Assembly (NCBI RefSeq): GCF_030686945.1
Contig: NW_027122681.1
Span: forward strand, 1,866,938-1,930,937
Reading direction: 5' to 3'
Source: Centruroides vittatus
Lineage: Eukaryota
Length of the DNA: 64,000 bases
The notes beneath the pieces are model-generated. The model was not told the origin of the DNA. It saw nothing but the letters and a program-made list of their open reading frames with translations, and searched no databases. The translations under genes were made by a program, and so were the position numbers. Below are positions 10,031 through 20,089 of this stretch, one piece after another (within the stretch, counting starts at the first letter, position 1; every line of letters starts with the position of its first letter).

Positions 10031-13000
10031 TGCAAAAGACGAGTTGGGTAAAACCGAAGAAGATCACCGCCTAGGCCAAGGGAACCGCAGCCACCCGCAG
10101 CAACAAAACCGCGGTTCCTCGACTTCGGCGGCGCTCTCCTCCGATTCTTCCCCGTTCCGACTTCGGAAAGACGATGGCGCCGCCGTCACGACCGCGGACG
10201 AAGAGGCAGATCTCGCGAAAATAGGAAGTGACGGCGAAGAGGACTCGGAGGTGCTATCACTCCCTACGTCTTCCACAACAAGGCCTGTGGCCGGCTGATC
10301 CCTGACGACCTTGGCCAAGTGGAATGGACTCAGAACTCTCCCGCCTCCGGGAGAGTCCCACGCCACACGCACTGGGGGAAGGTCGTCACCACCCGCTGCC
10401 TCTCGCTCGACGGTCTCCAACGACACCGAACATTCGGCAGAGACCAAGTCCACCTCCGGCTCCTCGAACGTCTCATCGGAGCCGTCCGAGGAACCCCCTC
10501 CCTCCGGCGCCGGCGCCACCGCATTCTTCCGTCGGAACCTCCGGCGAAACCACTCCAACATCTTCATTCTGAAAAAAAAAAAAAAATTGCAATTAGTCGA
10601 TTAAAACAAAAGCTTAAATTAATGTCTAAATTCTTCCGAGAATAAGCAGAATGCTCACCGCAGCTGCCTTTTTAAATCTAAAAAATTCGAATCCGACCAT
10701 CGAACGACGTGACGAGATGTCTTCTGGGACCGATTAACGCAGAAAAAGTTCAAGATTATACTCACGACGAATCGGAATTCGGATAGCTCGCGTTAGATCC
10801 TACCGGAAATTGCTAGAACGTTCCTACTGTATTTGCAGTAGAGAAGACCGACCCGGAACGAAGAAACTCTCTTACGTGTAATTTGTATTTGTACGACAGT
10901 AAATTAAAGACACGCCGCACGTAGCCATGAGGAAAAGGCACTCGAGCCCGAGTCGTAACAAGTGTTTCGTTCTAGAGCAATTTACCTAACGTGTACGTCA
11001 CATAAACGCAACGACGGCATTTAAAAGATTTCGGCAAAGAAATTGCCAACGAGTCGACCAAAACACAAGACAAACGTACGAAGAAGCGAAACCCGCCCAC
11101 ATCCCAACTCGCCATTCGGGACACGAACGTTTAACTGGCACAAAGCATTGGCAGATCGACTGCACTCGGAAAAGACCACCTCGTGGAAAGAGACAAAGAG
11201 CCTAAGGAAAAGAATTCTTTGTGTCCAGCCTGTATAGATAACTGTTAAGTGTATTAGTATTAGATGTGTTTGCAGACAATTTAATTCTGACAAAATAAGC
11301 CATTGAAAAGCGTTGTAAGTAGTACATAAATTGCATGGAGAAGTCGGAGGTCAAAGGGCGAAAGTTTTGACCTGTCCAAGGAACATCCCATGCTTCGGAA
11401 TACGGTCTCCGTCCATCAATGTTACCAGAGTATATTTCAGTTAAAATTACGATGGAATTCGTATTTAAAGTTAGTATTAAATAATTTTTAATTGAATTTC
11501 TATAAATAATCCTTATTCTTTGACCGTGTTTATAAAATATAAAAGAATTAAGAATTTTTAACTTTGTAAATGTCGTATTATATTTTTTATATATTATTAA
11601 ATGTAATAACGCCGGCCATGTTTTTTGTAAATAATTTTTACTTAAAATGTGATATTTTTATTGATTGTGGCAACAACACCAGAGGACGCCTTTACCTACT
11701 GTGCATTTTCTCACGGAGGCAGTAGCCTCAAAGGAAAGGTCGTCTCCGAGAAACTGTGAGGACTTGAGGACTGCTGATGGTGTAATACGGCGAAAAGAAG
11801 GACAAGACACAAAGTTTTTAACTTTGTAAATGTCGTATTATATTTTTTATATATTACTAAATAAAAGAATTAATTACGAAAATAAACCAATGAGCAAATA
11901 CTTAATCCGTTTCCGGCGCTTCGGTCGCTTTCCAATGTGGCGGCTCGGTTTAAAAGTCGTTTCGGATTCTGATTCACAAGCGACGTCTGTTCGGAGAAAG
12001 AGCATACAAGGCTAACATCTCCATATAAACTAGGAAGAAGAAGAATTCACAAGCGACGGCACATTTAAACGCAAATACGCCGGCCGATGCCGTCTTTGAA
12101 AGTTTGACTAAACGAAACGAAAATAAAATCTTACAGCTAGCTAAATTCTAATTAAAATCTTACTTGGTATAATGTAGGCGTCCAAAAGTCTTCTTAAAAC
12201 CACGTTCCGGTAACAAAAAACACTGACGAAAGGCAAAAAACACAGCGAAAACAAGAGCACAGAGCGCACACGTCCGTCCAGCAAGCGAAAAACGTGCAAA
12301 GTGACGCAAAATCGTGTTGCAACAATAGAAACGGCAATTGTTGCCGTTTCTATGGAGATTAGAAAGCGCTTAACGAATTCGAATGCGATTGACGTAATGA
12401 ATTCTTTTTGAATTTTAAGGCTAAATATCTGCATTTTTTACGTTTCTATTCCCCGAATGACGACGGATTGGGATCGAGACACTCCCTACCACCCTACGCC
12501 TTCGGCTTCCATTCTCCACAAGGGGTTAGAAGCAAGATTTTCTATAATCGAACGTCTCCACCCCCAAAACTAAAACAAATCATTCCTCTCGTTCGTCCAG
12601 TATTCTCCTATTGCAATTTTTACTAAATTTCGTTTATCCGACGCCATTTTAAAAGCGATTACCTGACGTCTTCGCACGTTGGTTATATGAAATATGCGTG
12701 TTATAGTTTAATTACGAGGTGATGAAATATACAATGAGCACGAAGATCTTTAAAAGAATTTCGAATGTTTACAGATGACTGTTTCTACGCTCAAGCAAAC
12801 TTAAGCCTTCACGCGATTGAAGCGCGTGAAGGGGTAAGTTTGCTTGAGCATAGGCAGCCGCCTTTTTAAACCTAAAAGATTCGAATCCGACCATCGAACG
12901 GTGCGCCGAGATGTCTTCTGGGACCGATTCTCCAAGTAATATTAAATAAATTCTTACGTCTAGGGTCAATATGGACTAAGACTTACCTGAAAAATCTTTA

Positions 13001-13688
13001 ATCTTCTCTGCAAAAGTCTTCAAACAGCAAAAAAAGCAACGCAATCCAAGAGCACAACAAGAAACACAATCGAACTGCGAATCGTCATGCGTGACGAATT
13101 TCGAACAAACGTTAAAAGATGTTCGAATTACGTAAAAATAAGAATTAAAAATAATTAATTTTTAATGTTTTTTCTTTTTTAAATTTTGCTTCGATCATTT
13201 TCTTGTGTTCGGAATTTGATAAATAAATTATTTTCTGCATTTACGTGGTGCAGAATGTCCACCGTGGACAGGTAAAAGACGATCGTTTTAAATTCTACGT
13301 TTTGAGGCTTGATTATCTCCGAAAATTGCCCGAAATTCGTTTGATAAATATCTTTTTCGTCCATCGGATGAAATAAATCAAATTCTTAGGATTTCGATTT
13401 ACGCCGTTTACGGAAAGATTCATCGGTCGCCGTCGGGGTTGCGGGTTTCGCGTATTAGTGCGACATCAAACTGGATAAAGATAATATTAAAAATGCCGAA
13501 AAACCTTTATAATACGGCCGAACGAAAAATGAAGTCCGACGCAGAGGATAAACGGATTGAGCCAGTGAGAAGCCACCATTCATTCTCCTTGAATTTCTGG
13601 CTTTTTAAAAGATCTCTCCCCTAAATTATTAATTTGATTAATCTTTTCAATCTGCTCCGCCTGACGATGAGTAATTTCGATGTTTTTG

Positions 13689-13868
13689 GCTTTTTTTTTT
13701 TTTTTTTTTTTTTTTCTAACTCTTTCCGCCCTGTGGGCACTAAGAGGGCCTCTTGTTAGCAAGCCCCATTATGGGTTCGGCCAGGCCCACAATGGGGCGC
13801 CGGGTGGTGAGGGCGGGGACCGACATATCCGGACGGACCACCCCCCGAAAAATTCATTGGGGATTTTT
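13689..13868 (-). mobile_element. tRNA-derived SINE, a 5'-truncated copy with a T28 (poly-A) tail
   Basis: Body AACTCTTTCCGCCCTGTGGGCACTAAGAGGGCC...CCGAAAAATTC is shared with the full copies. It is flanked by a ~40-bp duplication (ATCTGCNCCGCCTGACGATGAGTAATTT...TTTTGGC). Confidence 0.75.
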
Positions 13869-14466
13869 AATCTGCACCGCCTGACGATGAGTAATTTGAT
13901 GCTTTTGGCTATGCTGATGGCCTTCGTTAAGGTTAAACCTTCTTCCTGAAGTAGCCTAGCTCTGATGACTTTATTATTTGACGACAAACCAACAATAAAC
14001 ATGTCTCGGACCAAACTCTCTCGGAGATTATCGAACTCACAGGTTTTTTTTTTTTTTTTTAACTCTTTCCGCCCTGTGGGCACTAAGAGGGCCTCTTTTA
14101 GTAGGCCCATTATGGGTTCGGCCAGGCCCACAATGGGGCGACCGGGTGGTGAGGGACGGGGCCCGACATATCCGAACGGACCACCCCCCGAAAAATTCCT
14201 GGGGATTATTCGACCCGTTCGGATTCGATCCCGGGTCCCCCAGAGCGGTAGGCTGCCACCTTTACCGCTCGGCCATCCGGCCGTCGAACGAACTCACAGG
14301 TTAGGCTTAGGTTCTTAACTGCAGTTACGAAGTCTTCGATTGACTTGTCTTGTTTTTGTCTTCTGGTCAAAAAATTATATTTCTCAATCGCGAGATTAGT
14401 TTTAGGTTTACAATGAGATTCAAATTCTTTTACTACATCCAAATATTGACAATTGTCCATATCCAA
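13769..14466 (-). pseudogene. gag: gypsy gag, interrupted by a SINE insertion
   Basis: ORF 14206..14466 (MDMDNCQYLDVVKEFESHCKPKTNLAIEKYNFLTRRQKQDKSIEDFVTAVKNLSLTCEF) is the canonical retrotransposon-gag N-terminal motif. It continues after the SINE at 14046-14286 as CEFDNLRESLVRDMFIVGLSSNNKVIRARLLQEEGLTLTKAISIAK (ORF 13769..14131). Confidence 0.65.
14046..14286 (-). mobile_element. tRNA-derived SINE, full length, inserted in gag
   Basis: The tRNA-like head (rc: GGCCGGATGGCCGAGCGGTAAAGGTGGCAGCCTACCGCTCTGGGGGACCCGGGATCGAATCC) has A box TGGCCGAGCGG and B box GGGATCGAATCC. There is a poly-T at 14045-14060. The TSD CGAACTCACAGGTT is at 14031-14045 and 14289-14302. Confidence 0.88.
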
Positions 14467-14761
14467 GTTAAAGGAATTGAAAACCTGTAACGCATCCTCT
14501 CCGACAAAACGTAAAAATATGGCGACTTTACGGGAATCACTTTCACTTTCTAAATTACTAGCCGCAAAAATATTTTAAATTCCTGATATCAGATTGACCG
14601 GTTATGAGCTAAATTTCCTTCTAATAATAACGATGGAACTAGATTGCCGCATAGTTCCAGTTGACCACTTAAAGATGGCTGACCTGCGTTACTGACCGGT
14701 GAACTCATTATTTCGAGCTGCTGCTAGTAGGAAGACGACGACGACTATAATTCTGACACCA

Positions 14762-14935
14762 TGTTATAATGTTGGATCTTGGTTGTATTTAAGACTAGTA
14801 AAGCTTAAGAACTATTTATTATAAACTATTAAATACATTACAAGTAGACACAAACATGGTAAGTTGTATGACAGACGACTGACGGCCGATGCTCTTGTTG
14901 GCCGCTGGTGTCGCCACCAGTACATATCGTAACAG
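14762..14935 (-). repeat. 5' LTR of the gypsy-like element
   Basis: Direct repeat of 5170-5338, with a 6-7 bp indel. It is followed on the minus strand by TGGTGTCAGAATTATAG (putative PBS), and the gag ATG lies about 300 bp downstream. Confidence 0.7.
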
Positions 14936-15180
14936 GCCAAAGTTTTAAACGCGAAAACGTGTACGTCGGACGTTGAGCGCCGCTTTCCTGTAAGCCTAGA
15001 AGTTTGACAATGGCATTTGGAAGGTGGAGCATGATTTCACTGACTTTGTAAACGCCATTGTCAGACTTCTAGGCTTACAGGAAAGCGGCGCTCAACGTCC
15101 GACGTACACGTTTTCGCCTTTAAAACTTCGGCCTTAACCTCGCTAATAAGTTTGTTTACAACGACTAAGAATTTCTCAGT
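14936..15180. mobile_element. Foldback MITE (long inverted-repeat element), copy 1, truncated at its left end by the adjacent LTR
   Basis: Near-perfect palindrome: GGCCAAAGTTTTAAACGCGAAAACGTGTACGTCGGACGTTGAGCGCCGCTTTCCTGTAAGCCTAGAAGTTTGACAATGGC ... then its reverse complement ... CGCTAATAAGTTTGTTTACAACGACTAAGAATTTCT. Confidence 0.85.
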
Positions 15181-15236
15181 AAAACTGATTGTTAAATACC
15201 GCTTCCATATCTGGAAATAAAAACAAATACTTAGTA

Positions 15237-15458
15237 TTTTTTTAACTCTTTCCGCCCTGTGGGCACTAAGAGGGCCTCTTTTAGTAGGCCCATTATGGTT
15301 CGGTCAGGCCACAATGGGGCGACCGGGTGGTGAGGGACGGGGCCCGACATATCCGAACGGACCACCCCCGAAAAATTCCTGGGGGACCCGTTCGGATTCG
15401 ATCCCAGGTCCCCCAGAGCGGTAGGCTGCCACCTTTACCGCTCGGCCATCCGGCCGTC
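15237..15458 (-). mobile_element. tRNA-derived SINE, full length
   Basis: Same family as the copy at 14046-14286. The TSD AATACTTAGTAT lies on both sides (15225-15236 and 15459-15470). Confidence 0.88.
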
Positions 15459-15827
15459 AATACTTAGTATTAGGTAAATAAATTTTGATGAATTAACTTT
15501 TCCATACTTTTTATTTTTAGATATATAATGCACTATATACGGTATTCAACATAATACTAAAAGTTCGAGAAATTTGGTTGGGATCAACCTCCACGTGTAT
15601 TCAATTACACCTGTCAATACTACTAGTCACTGTTAAAACTTGAATATCTACGTTACCCAAATTATCAAACGAACGGAATATTTGCATATTCATGCGTGAC
15701 CTCATTTATTTTCATTAGTTTTAAGGGTAGTTTAAAGCAATGTTTATTCGTATAAATTTCTGCTGTAAAGTTGGACATACGGCATTCTGAGCAGCCTCAA
15801 TTACTCCCCACTTAATGGCAAATGTTT

Positions 15828-15945
15828 ACTTAACTCTTTTCGCTCTGTGGGCACTAAGAGGACCTCGTTTTAGCCGGCCTATTACGGGTTCGGCCAGGTG
15901 CACAATGGGGCGGACGGGTGGTGAGGGACGGAGCCCGGTATATGG
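15828..15945 (-). mobile_element. tRNA-derived SINE, truncated diverged copy
   Basis: TTAACTCTTTTCGCTCTGTGGGCACTAAGAGGACC...GGTGAGGGACGGAGCCCGG is homologous to the SINE body. Confidence 0.7.
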
Positions 15946-16099
15946 TTTATAACAGTATCTGTTGATGTTAATTGAAAAATACCTATGTAAAATTTTTTCC
16001 CGAAATTTTCCGATGTTTTATAGGTTTTTTCCCGGGTTTGGTTTTCGCCTATGGCCCTCATGATTAGGCCACACTAGGCTGTCGCAGTAATAGGAAAAA

Positions 16100-16180
16100 A
16101 AAAATTGTTTAAACATAGTTTTGTGGGGGCCCTGGGCACCGGCCCCAAATGTCTCTATGTAAATCCGGCCCTGTATAGAT
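16100..16180. repeat. Member of a short interspersed repeat (GTGGGGGCCCTGGGCACCGGCCCCAAATGYC..TATGTAAATC.GGCCCTG)
   Basis: About 85% identical to 27880-27960. Confidence 0.7.
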
Positions 16181-16208
16181 AGTAGTTCAAGAAATTCTTA
16201 GTCGTTGT

Positions 16209-16288
16209 AAACAAACTTATTAGCGAGGTTGAGGCCGAAGTTTTAAAAGCGAAAACGTGTACGTCGGACGTTGAGCGCCGCTTTCCTA
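16209..16288. mobile_element. Foldback MITE partial copy (left arm only)
   Basis: GAAATTCTTAGTCGTTGTAAACAAACTTATTAGCGAGGTTGAGGCCGAAGTTTTAAAAGCGAAAACGTGTACGTCGGACGTTGAGCGCCGCTTTCC matches the reverse complement of the right arm of copy 1. Confidence 0.8.
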
Positions 16289-16496
16289 GAATAGAAAGCA
16301 AACTTGAATTTTTCTCCGTTGAGTGTCGCTTCGTGTTGAATTTTCGTCGATTTTAAGCCTAACGAAAATTTTTATAATAATAGTCGAGGCTATTGTATCG
16401 TTAAAAATTATTTCTTTGTTTTGTACAAACAAAATAAATATATTGAAGAATATAAAAACATGAAAATTATACTTTTGAAGTAAATCTAGTATCAAA

Positions 16497-16580
16497 AACG
16501 TTCGATTCAGCACGACACAGTCCGACTGAAAATCGTTCGAATAACCGGCGGATTCGGATTAACGACTCTCTACTGTATAT
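16497..16580 (+). repeat. Short interspersed repeat (GATTCAGCACGACACAGTCCGACTG...GATTCGGATTAACGACTCTCTACTG)
   Basis: Homologous, in inverted orientation, to 58527-58625. A partial copy lies at 58868-58900. Confidence 0.65.
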
Positions 16581-17340
16581 ATCAGATAAATGCCTTCCTA
16601 TATCAAGTATAAGTGCATTTTATCCTTAATTTCTTAAATACATTATTCTTCTTTAAATGACCCGTTTATGCTTACAATTAAAACATTTATTTCCTCGTCG
16701 GATAAACACGTACGAAACAGTGCAGAACAATACTGTGAGCTAATAAACTTAATTTTAACATTATTAATCTCAGTTCTAGTTAACGTAAAAGTACAATTTC
16801 TTTAAATTAGTACAGTATAATCATTCCCACCATACAAAAACAAATAGCGCTATTCTCTTGTCATCCGAAGAGATATTTACGTTATCAAAGTCCTGGTTTT
16901 CTGGTGGACTAATTGATAGAAACCGAGGAAAACAGTTGTAAACCACGTGGTTTACTAAAGGGAAGGCTTCTCTAAACGTTTGAATTACTGGATCGATGCA
17001 TATTTTACACGCATCGTGAAAAATATACACCAAACATGTCTTCTGCCTCATTTCCGGTTTCAAACGCTTTATTCTTTCGAATTTTTCTTTTACGTTTTTA
17101 TAATCACATCTGCCTGCTAGAAAGTCAAGAGAGAGCGAGAATTTACTCTCTTTCCGTAAAATATAGTAAATGTAACTGCAGCTCTTTGGATTGTATAAGA
17201 AGTGAATGAGTTAGCTTTAATTTCGTACGAAGCCCCCGTAAAATCGTCGTAGTAAATGGCACATTTAATTTCTTCTACCGATATGTTCACTTTGTGGCAC
17301 AGATACTGCAGTTGCTTCTGCCTATCTGTTTCCCTATCGA

Positions 17341-17580
17341 CGGCCGGATGGCCGAGCGGTAAAGGTGGCAGCCTACCGCTCTGGGGGACCCGGGATCGAA
17401 TCCGAACGGGTCGAATAATCCCCAGGAATTTTTCGGGGGTGGTCCGTTCGGATATGTCGGGCCCCGTCCCTCACCACCCGGTCGCCCCATTGTGGGCCTG
17501 GCCGAACCCATAATGGGCCTACTAAAAGAGGCCCTCTTAGTGCCCACAGGGCGGAAAGAGTTAAAAAAAAAAAAAAAAAA
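17341..17580 (+). mobile_element. tRNA-derived SINE, full length with an A22 tail
   Basis: tRNA-like head on the plus strand (CGGCCGGATGGCCGAGCGGTAAAGG...GGGATCGAATCC), the shared body, and poly-A at 17559-17580. An approximate TSD TTTCCCTAT flanks it. Confidence 0.88.
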
Positions 17581-17908
17581 ATCTTTCCCTATAGAATACG
17601 TCTTCATCTTTAATCGTGTCGCTTGGAAAATTAAAAACATTAAAACCAGTAACATTAGGAAATAATGCTAATTGTGTTTTGGTTCTTTGTTCAGTTATAG
17701 AAATATTTAGTTCTTTGCTATATAAACGTATAATCAAAGGTTCGTCATAATATGAAATTAAACAGTAGATAGATATTATCGTGTCACTGAATATACTGGA
17801 TTTATTAGAGAAATAATATCTGCAAGTAAACCTATTTACCAAATTCATGCGAATCATCGATACCGGGACACCACCTCTTAAGTAATGATCCATCTAGCAT
17901 AAAAAACC

Positions 17909-17975
17909 AATAGGGGAAAAAAGTGAAATCTACTCCGCACGCGGCGCTAGTATCGATGAGGTCGTAAACAGACTA
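17909..17975 (+). repeat. Left TIR of the composite element
   Basis: The 18-bp terminal perfect match AATAGGGGAAAAAAGTGA plus the subterminal shared TATCGATG.GGT.GTAAACA. Confidence 0.7.
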
Positions 17976-18053
17976 AGCGATACGTTGTCGGTTGTAAAGT
18001 ACCATTTGTTTTTTCTTTAAACGAAAATCTAATAAATATTTTAAGTTTCAAAA

Positions 18054-18243
18054 ATGCCAAGTACGTGGTGCTGTGTACCACATTGTTCTAATAGTGGTGG
18101 TCACAAGTTTCCAAAAAATCCAGCATTGCGAAAGAAATGGATTCACGCCGTTAAAAGAGCAAATTGGAAACCAACTTCATCCAGTCTCGTGTGTAAAAAT
18201 CACTTCACACCTGATCAGTATAAGGAAATTAATATCTTTGGTA
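18054..18243 (+). CDS. THAP-domain DDE transposase, exon 1 (THAP zinc finger)
   Basis: MPSTWCCVPHCSNSGGHKFPKNPALRKKWIHAVKRANWKPTSSSLVCKNHFTPDQYKEINIF matches the C2CH THAP signature (C-x2-C ... W ... C-x2-H-F). A GTAAGC donor follows. Confidence 0.8.
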
Positions 18244-18533
18244 AGCACATTATTTAAAGAATTATAATAACTGTACAATATTTTTTTCAAGCTATTAGCA
18301 ATTAAGAAGCTTCAAACACCTCGCTTGAAAAATACTTGATGTTTACATCAAAAGTCTCTGTTTAGTTTTAATATCTAGGCGTGATAAGCCCTAACAGTAG
18401 AGGCTAGTTTTGAGCACTTACATAGCATTAATGCTAAGTTAACAAAGGATAAAAAATATATATAGTATCATGGATTTAATTGTTAATTCTTTATGCTAAA
18501 TGAAAAATAAATAGATTTATTTTACTTTATTAG

Positions 18534-19717
18534 GAAACATCCCAGCAAAGAGACAACTGAAGGCTGATGCTGTACCAAATGTATTTCTTTGGTCTAAAAA
18601 AGAGGCACCTTCGGTTGCGAGCAGACGAGCAAGAAGAGAAAACCGTGAACGCAAAGTTCAAGATAATCATGATGCATGCTATATAATGGATACTGGTACA
18701 TTAGAAATAGGAGGAGAAGTAATAATAGATGAGGAGGAGGAAAAGGCTACTTGTCTTATTGAAAATAATGTGGCAAGCACTATGGTCTGTGTAACTACAC
18801 AGACCCATACTTTTGAAGTCCCAATGTCAGTTGAAAGATTTGAGTTTGACAACAATGCTATACATTACTATACTGGGTTAGAGAACTACAATTCTTTCAA
18901 TTTTGTACTACAAAGTTTGGGACCAGCAGCATACAGCTTAAAATATTACAAGTTTCAGGTTGTAACACTTGCAGTGCCAAACCAGTTGTTCTTGACTTTA
19001 ATAAAATTAAGATTGAATACAGCAAATTTTGAGTTGAGTAGGATGTTTAGTGTATCTGAAGAAACAGTACGAAACGTTTTCATTACTTGGATCAATTTCA
19101 TGTATTTACAATGGCAAGAGTTGGATATATGGAGTGAAAGATCTCTTGTTGATACATACATGCCTAGAGATTTTAAAATGAAATTTCCAAATACTAGAGT
19201 TATCATTGATTCTCTAGAATGCAAAATAAGCAAACCAAAAAATCCTGTTGCACAGCAGGCTACATGGTCATCATATAAAAATGACAACACATTAAAAGCA
19301 GTTGTAGGTTGCACACCAGGTGGTCTAGTAAGTTTTGTTTCAGAAGCCTATGGTGGTTCTGCAAGTGATCGACAGATTGCAGAAAGGTCTTCACTGTGTA
19401 AAATAACAGAGGCAAAAGACTGTGTAATGGCTGATAGAGGTTTTAACATTCAGGACTTGCTAATTACTAAAGATGTTGTGGTAAATACACCCACTTTTAT
19501 GAGAGGAAAAGCACAGCTGAGCAGCAGTTTGTTATCTCGAGACAGAAAAATATCTAGTAAAAGAATACATATTGAACGTATTATAGGAATGGCTCGTACA
19601 TATAAGATTTTGAGGCAACACATGCATCCGACAGTAACCAAACTTGGCAGTGAAATTATATTTATATGTTTTATGTTATGCAATTTTAGACCATGCATTG
19701 TTGGCAGAGATGCTTAA
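18534..19717 (+). CDS. THAP-domain DDE transposase, exon 2 (DDE_Tnp_4 / Harbinger-ISL2EU-like catalytic domain)
   Basis: The acceptor TTATTAG keeps the frame from exon 1 (phase 1). Motifs: VIIDSLECKISKP (first D), AVVGCTPGGLVSFVSEAYGGSASDRQI, VMADRGFNI (second D). Confidence 0.8.
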
Positions 19718-20089
19718 TTTGTTTCACTGTTAGTCTAGCTCTATTAATTCTGTATATAATGTTTTTTTCATTCTAGACCCTAGCCTAATTTAAGTTTTCC
19801 ATTTATAGTATTTTTAAATTTTTGTCTGCTTATAAATTCTAAGATTAAGAATGTATACTAGCATACACAGTAAGGTCTTCATTATGGAACTTCAATTCAA
19901 AGTAATATAGTGGTTTTAAAATTTGTACTATAGTTGAATAAATGTTTGTAAATTTGTAAGCAAATAAAAAATTTTAATCTTTAAAACAAAATCTCTTTTT
20001 ATTATTTAAAAAATTTACCATCTAGAAAAATTTTACATAAACTCAAATTGTAAAATAAAAATAACAATTAGCTCAATTATTTTATAAAC

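Larger units (their letters stand above)
5170..14935 (-). mobile_element. Degenerate Ty3/gypsy-type LTR retrotransposon (5'LTR-PBS-gag...pol-PPT-3'LTR) with nested insertions
   Basis: Two ~170-bp direct repeats (5170-5338 and 14762-14935) read TGTTACG...TTATAACA on the minus strand. The pol domains run protease, RT (YLDD), RNase H, then integrase (HHCC + DDE), all on the minus strand. A gag-like ORF sits just inside the upstream LTR. An A17 tract precedes the 3' LTR, and TGGTGTCAGAA (PBS-like) follows the 5' LTR. Confidence 0.75.

Noticed and set aside
10311-10645. Four overlapping plus-strand ORFs in the GC island (10311..10604, 10319..10645, 10324..10572, and 10330..10524 on the minus strand)
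   Set aside because: Several frames open at once is the signature of GC-rich, stop-poor sequence and is not coding evidence. Only the composition and context are reported as a finding.
14046-17580. tRNA gene calls for the tRNA-like heads (GGCCGGATGGCCGAGCGGTAAAGG...GGGATCGAATCC)
   Set aside because: The heads are fused to a conserved non-tRNA body and poly(A), recur with TSDs, and lack a complete acceptor stem and 3' end. These are SINE promoters, not tRNA genes.
13965-17655. ORFs 13965..14318, 13680..13949, 17256..17513 and 17287..17655 (PLWAWPNP..., GRPGGEGRGPTYPNG...)
   Set aside because: They are translations of SINE copies and their poly(A/T) tracts.
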